A stretch of 32,000 bases of DNA, from NCBI RefSeq assembly GCF_042660085.1, contig NZ_JBHSTI010000008.1, forward strand, positions 1,050,001 to 1,082,000, in the 5' to 3' direction. The position numbers and the translations under genes were made by a program. The notes beneath the pieces are model-generated. The model worked only from the letters and a program-made list of their open reading frames with translations, was not told where the DNA came from and made no database searches. Below, in pieces: positions 31,910-32,000 of this stretch (positions within the stretch are counted from its first letter, which is position 1; every line of letters begins with the position of its first letter). Source of the stretch: Longivirga aurantiaca (GTDB taxonomy: Bacteria > Actinomycetota > Actinomycetes > S36-B12 > CAIYMF01).

Positions 31910-32000
31910 GCGCGATTCCGACCTCCCCTCGGAGAGCGTCGAGCTCGAATGCGCGGACCCGGTCGGGTTGGCCGTAGAAGTGGTCTTCGAGGGTGGGAAG
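31884..32000 (-). CDS. 3' end of an upstream gene, presumed McrB-like GTPase (partial, runs off the window)
   Basis: Hand translation of the minus strand gives ...LPTLEDHFYGQPDRVRAFELDALRGEVGIAHDDPTPAD-stop, with high GC3. The stop codon at 31884-31886 overlaps the mcrC start by 26 nt. The identity is inferred only from the operon partner. Confidence 0.4.
   Translation of the reverse strand, partial: LPTLEDHFYGQPDRVRAFELDALRGEVGIAHDDPTPAD

Overview
High-G+C, actinobacterial-type chromosomal window with two very different halves.

**Core region (1 to ~11.3 kb).**
- hsp20 with a CIRCE-like operator.
- A tandem-repeat membrane protein.
- lexA, divergent from a LysM (ChiZ-like) gene, with a Cheo/SOS box between them.
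- A GT4 glycosyltransferase translationally coupled to an amylo-alpha-1,6-glucosidase-like gene.
- nrdR-nrdJ (class II ribonucleotide reductase) with candidate NrdR boxes.

**Accessory/defence island (~11.4 kb to the window end), visibly lower in G+C.**
1. A tightly packed 12-kb, four-gene plus-strand operon: SNF2 helicase with a DUF3883-type nuclease domain, a DUF1156-type DPPY methyltransferase, a HEPN + DUF499 (BrxC/PglY-like) ATPase, and a second SNF2 helicase. This is the most interesting candidate system. It is a helicase-methylase-ATPase type that, as far as I know, has only been predicted computationally, and here it carries an extra helicase.
2. A convergent Tn7/Tn5053-like transposition operon: a TniA-like DDE transposase, a TniB-like AAA+ protein with a natural Walker-B D-Q, a degenerate AAA+-like third protein, and an XRE HTH. 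It abuts the defence operon with a 9-nt gap, which suggests the defence operon is transposon cargo.
3. An operon of an HTH protein plus a paralogous pair of PD-(D/E)xK-like proteins.
4. Two small divergent orphan genes.
5. McrC plus the 3' end of a presumed McrB-like gene.

I saw no rRNA, tRNA or CRISPR array. All family assignments come from reading motifs by eye in the supplied translations; no searches were run.
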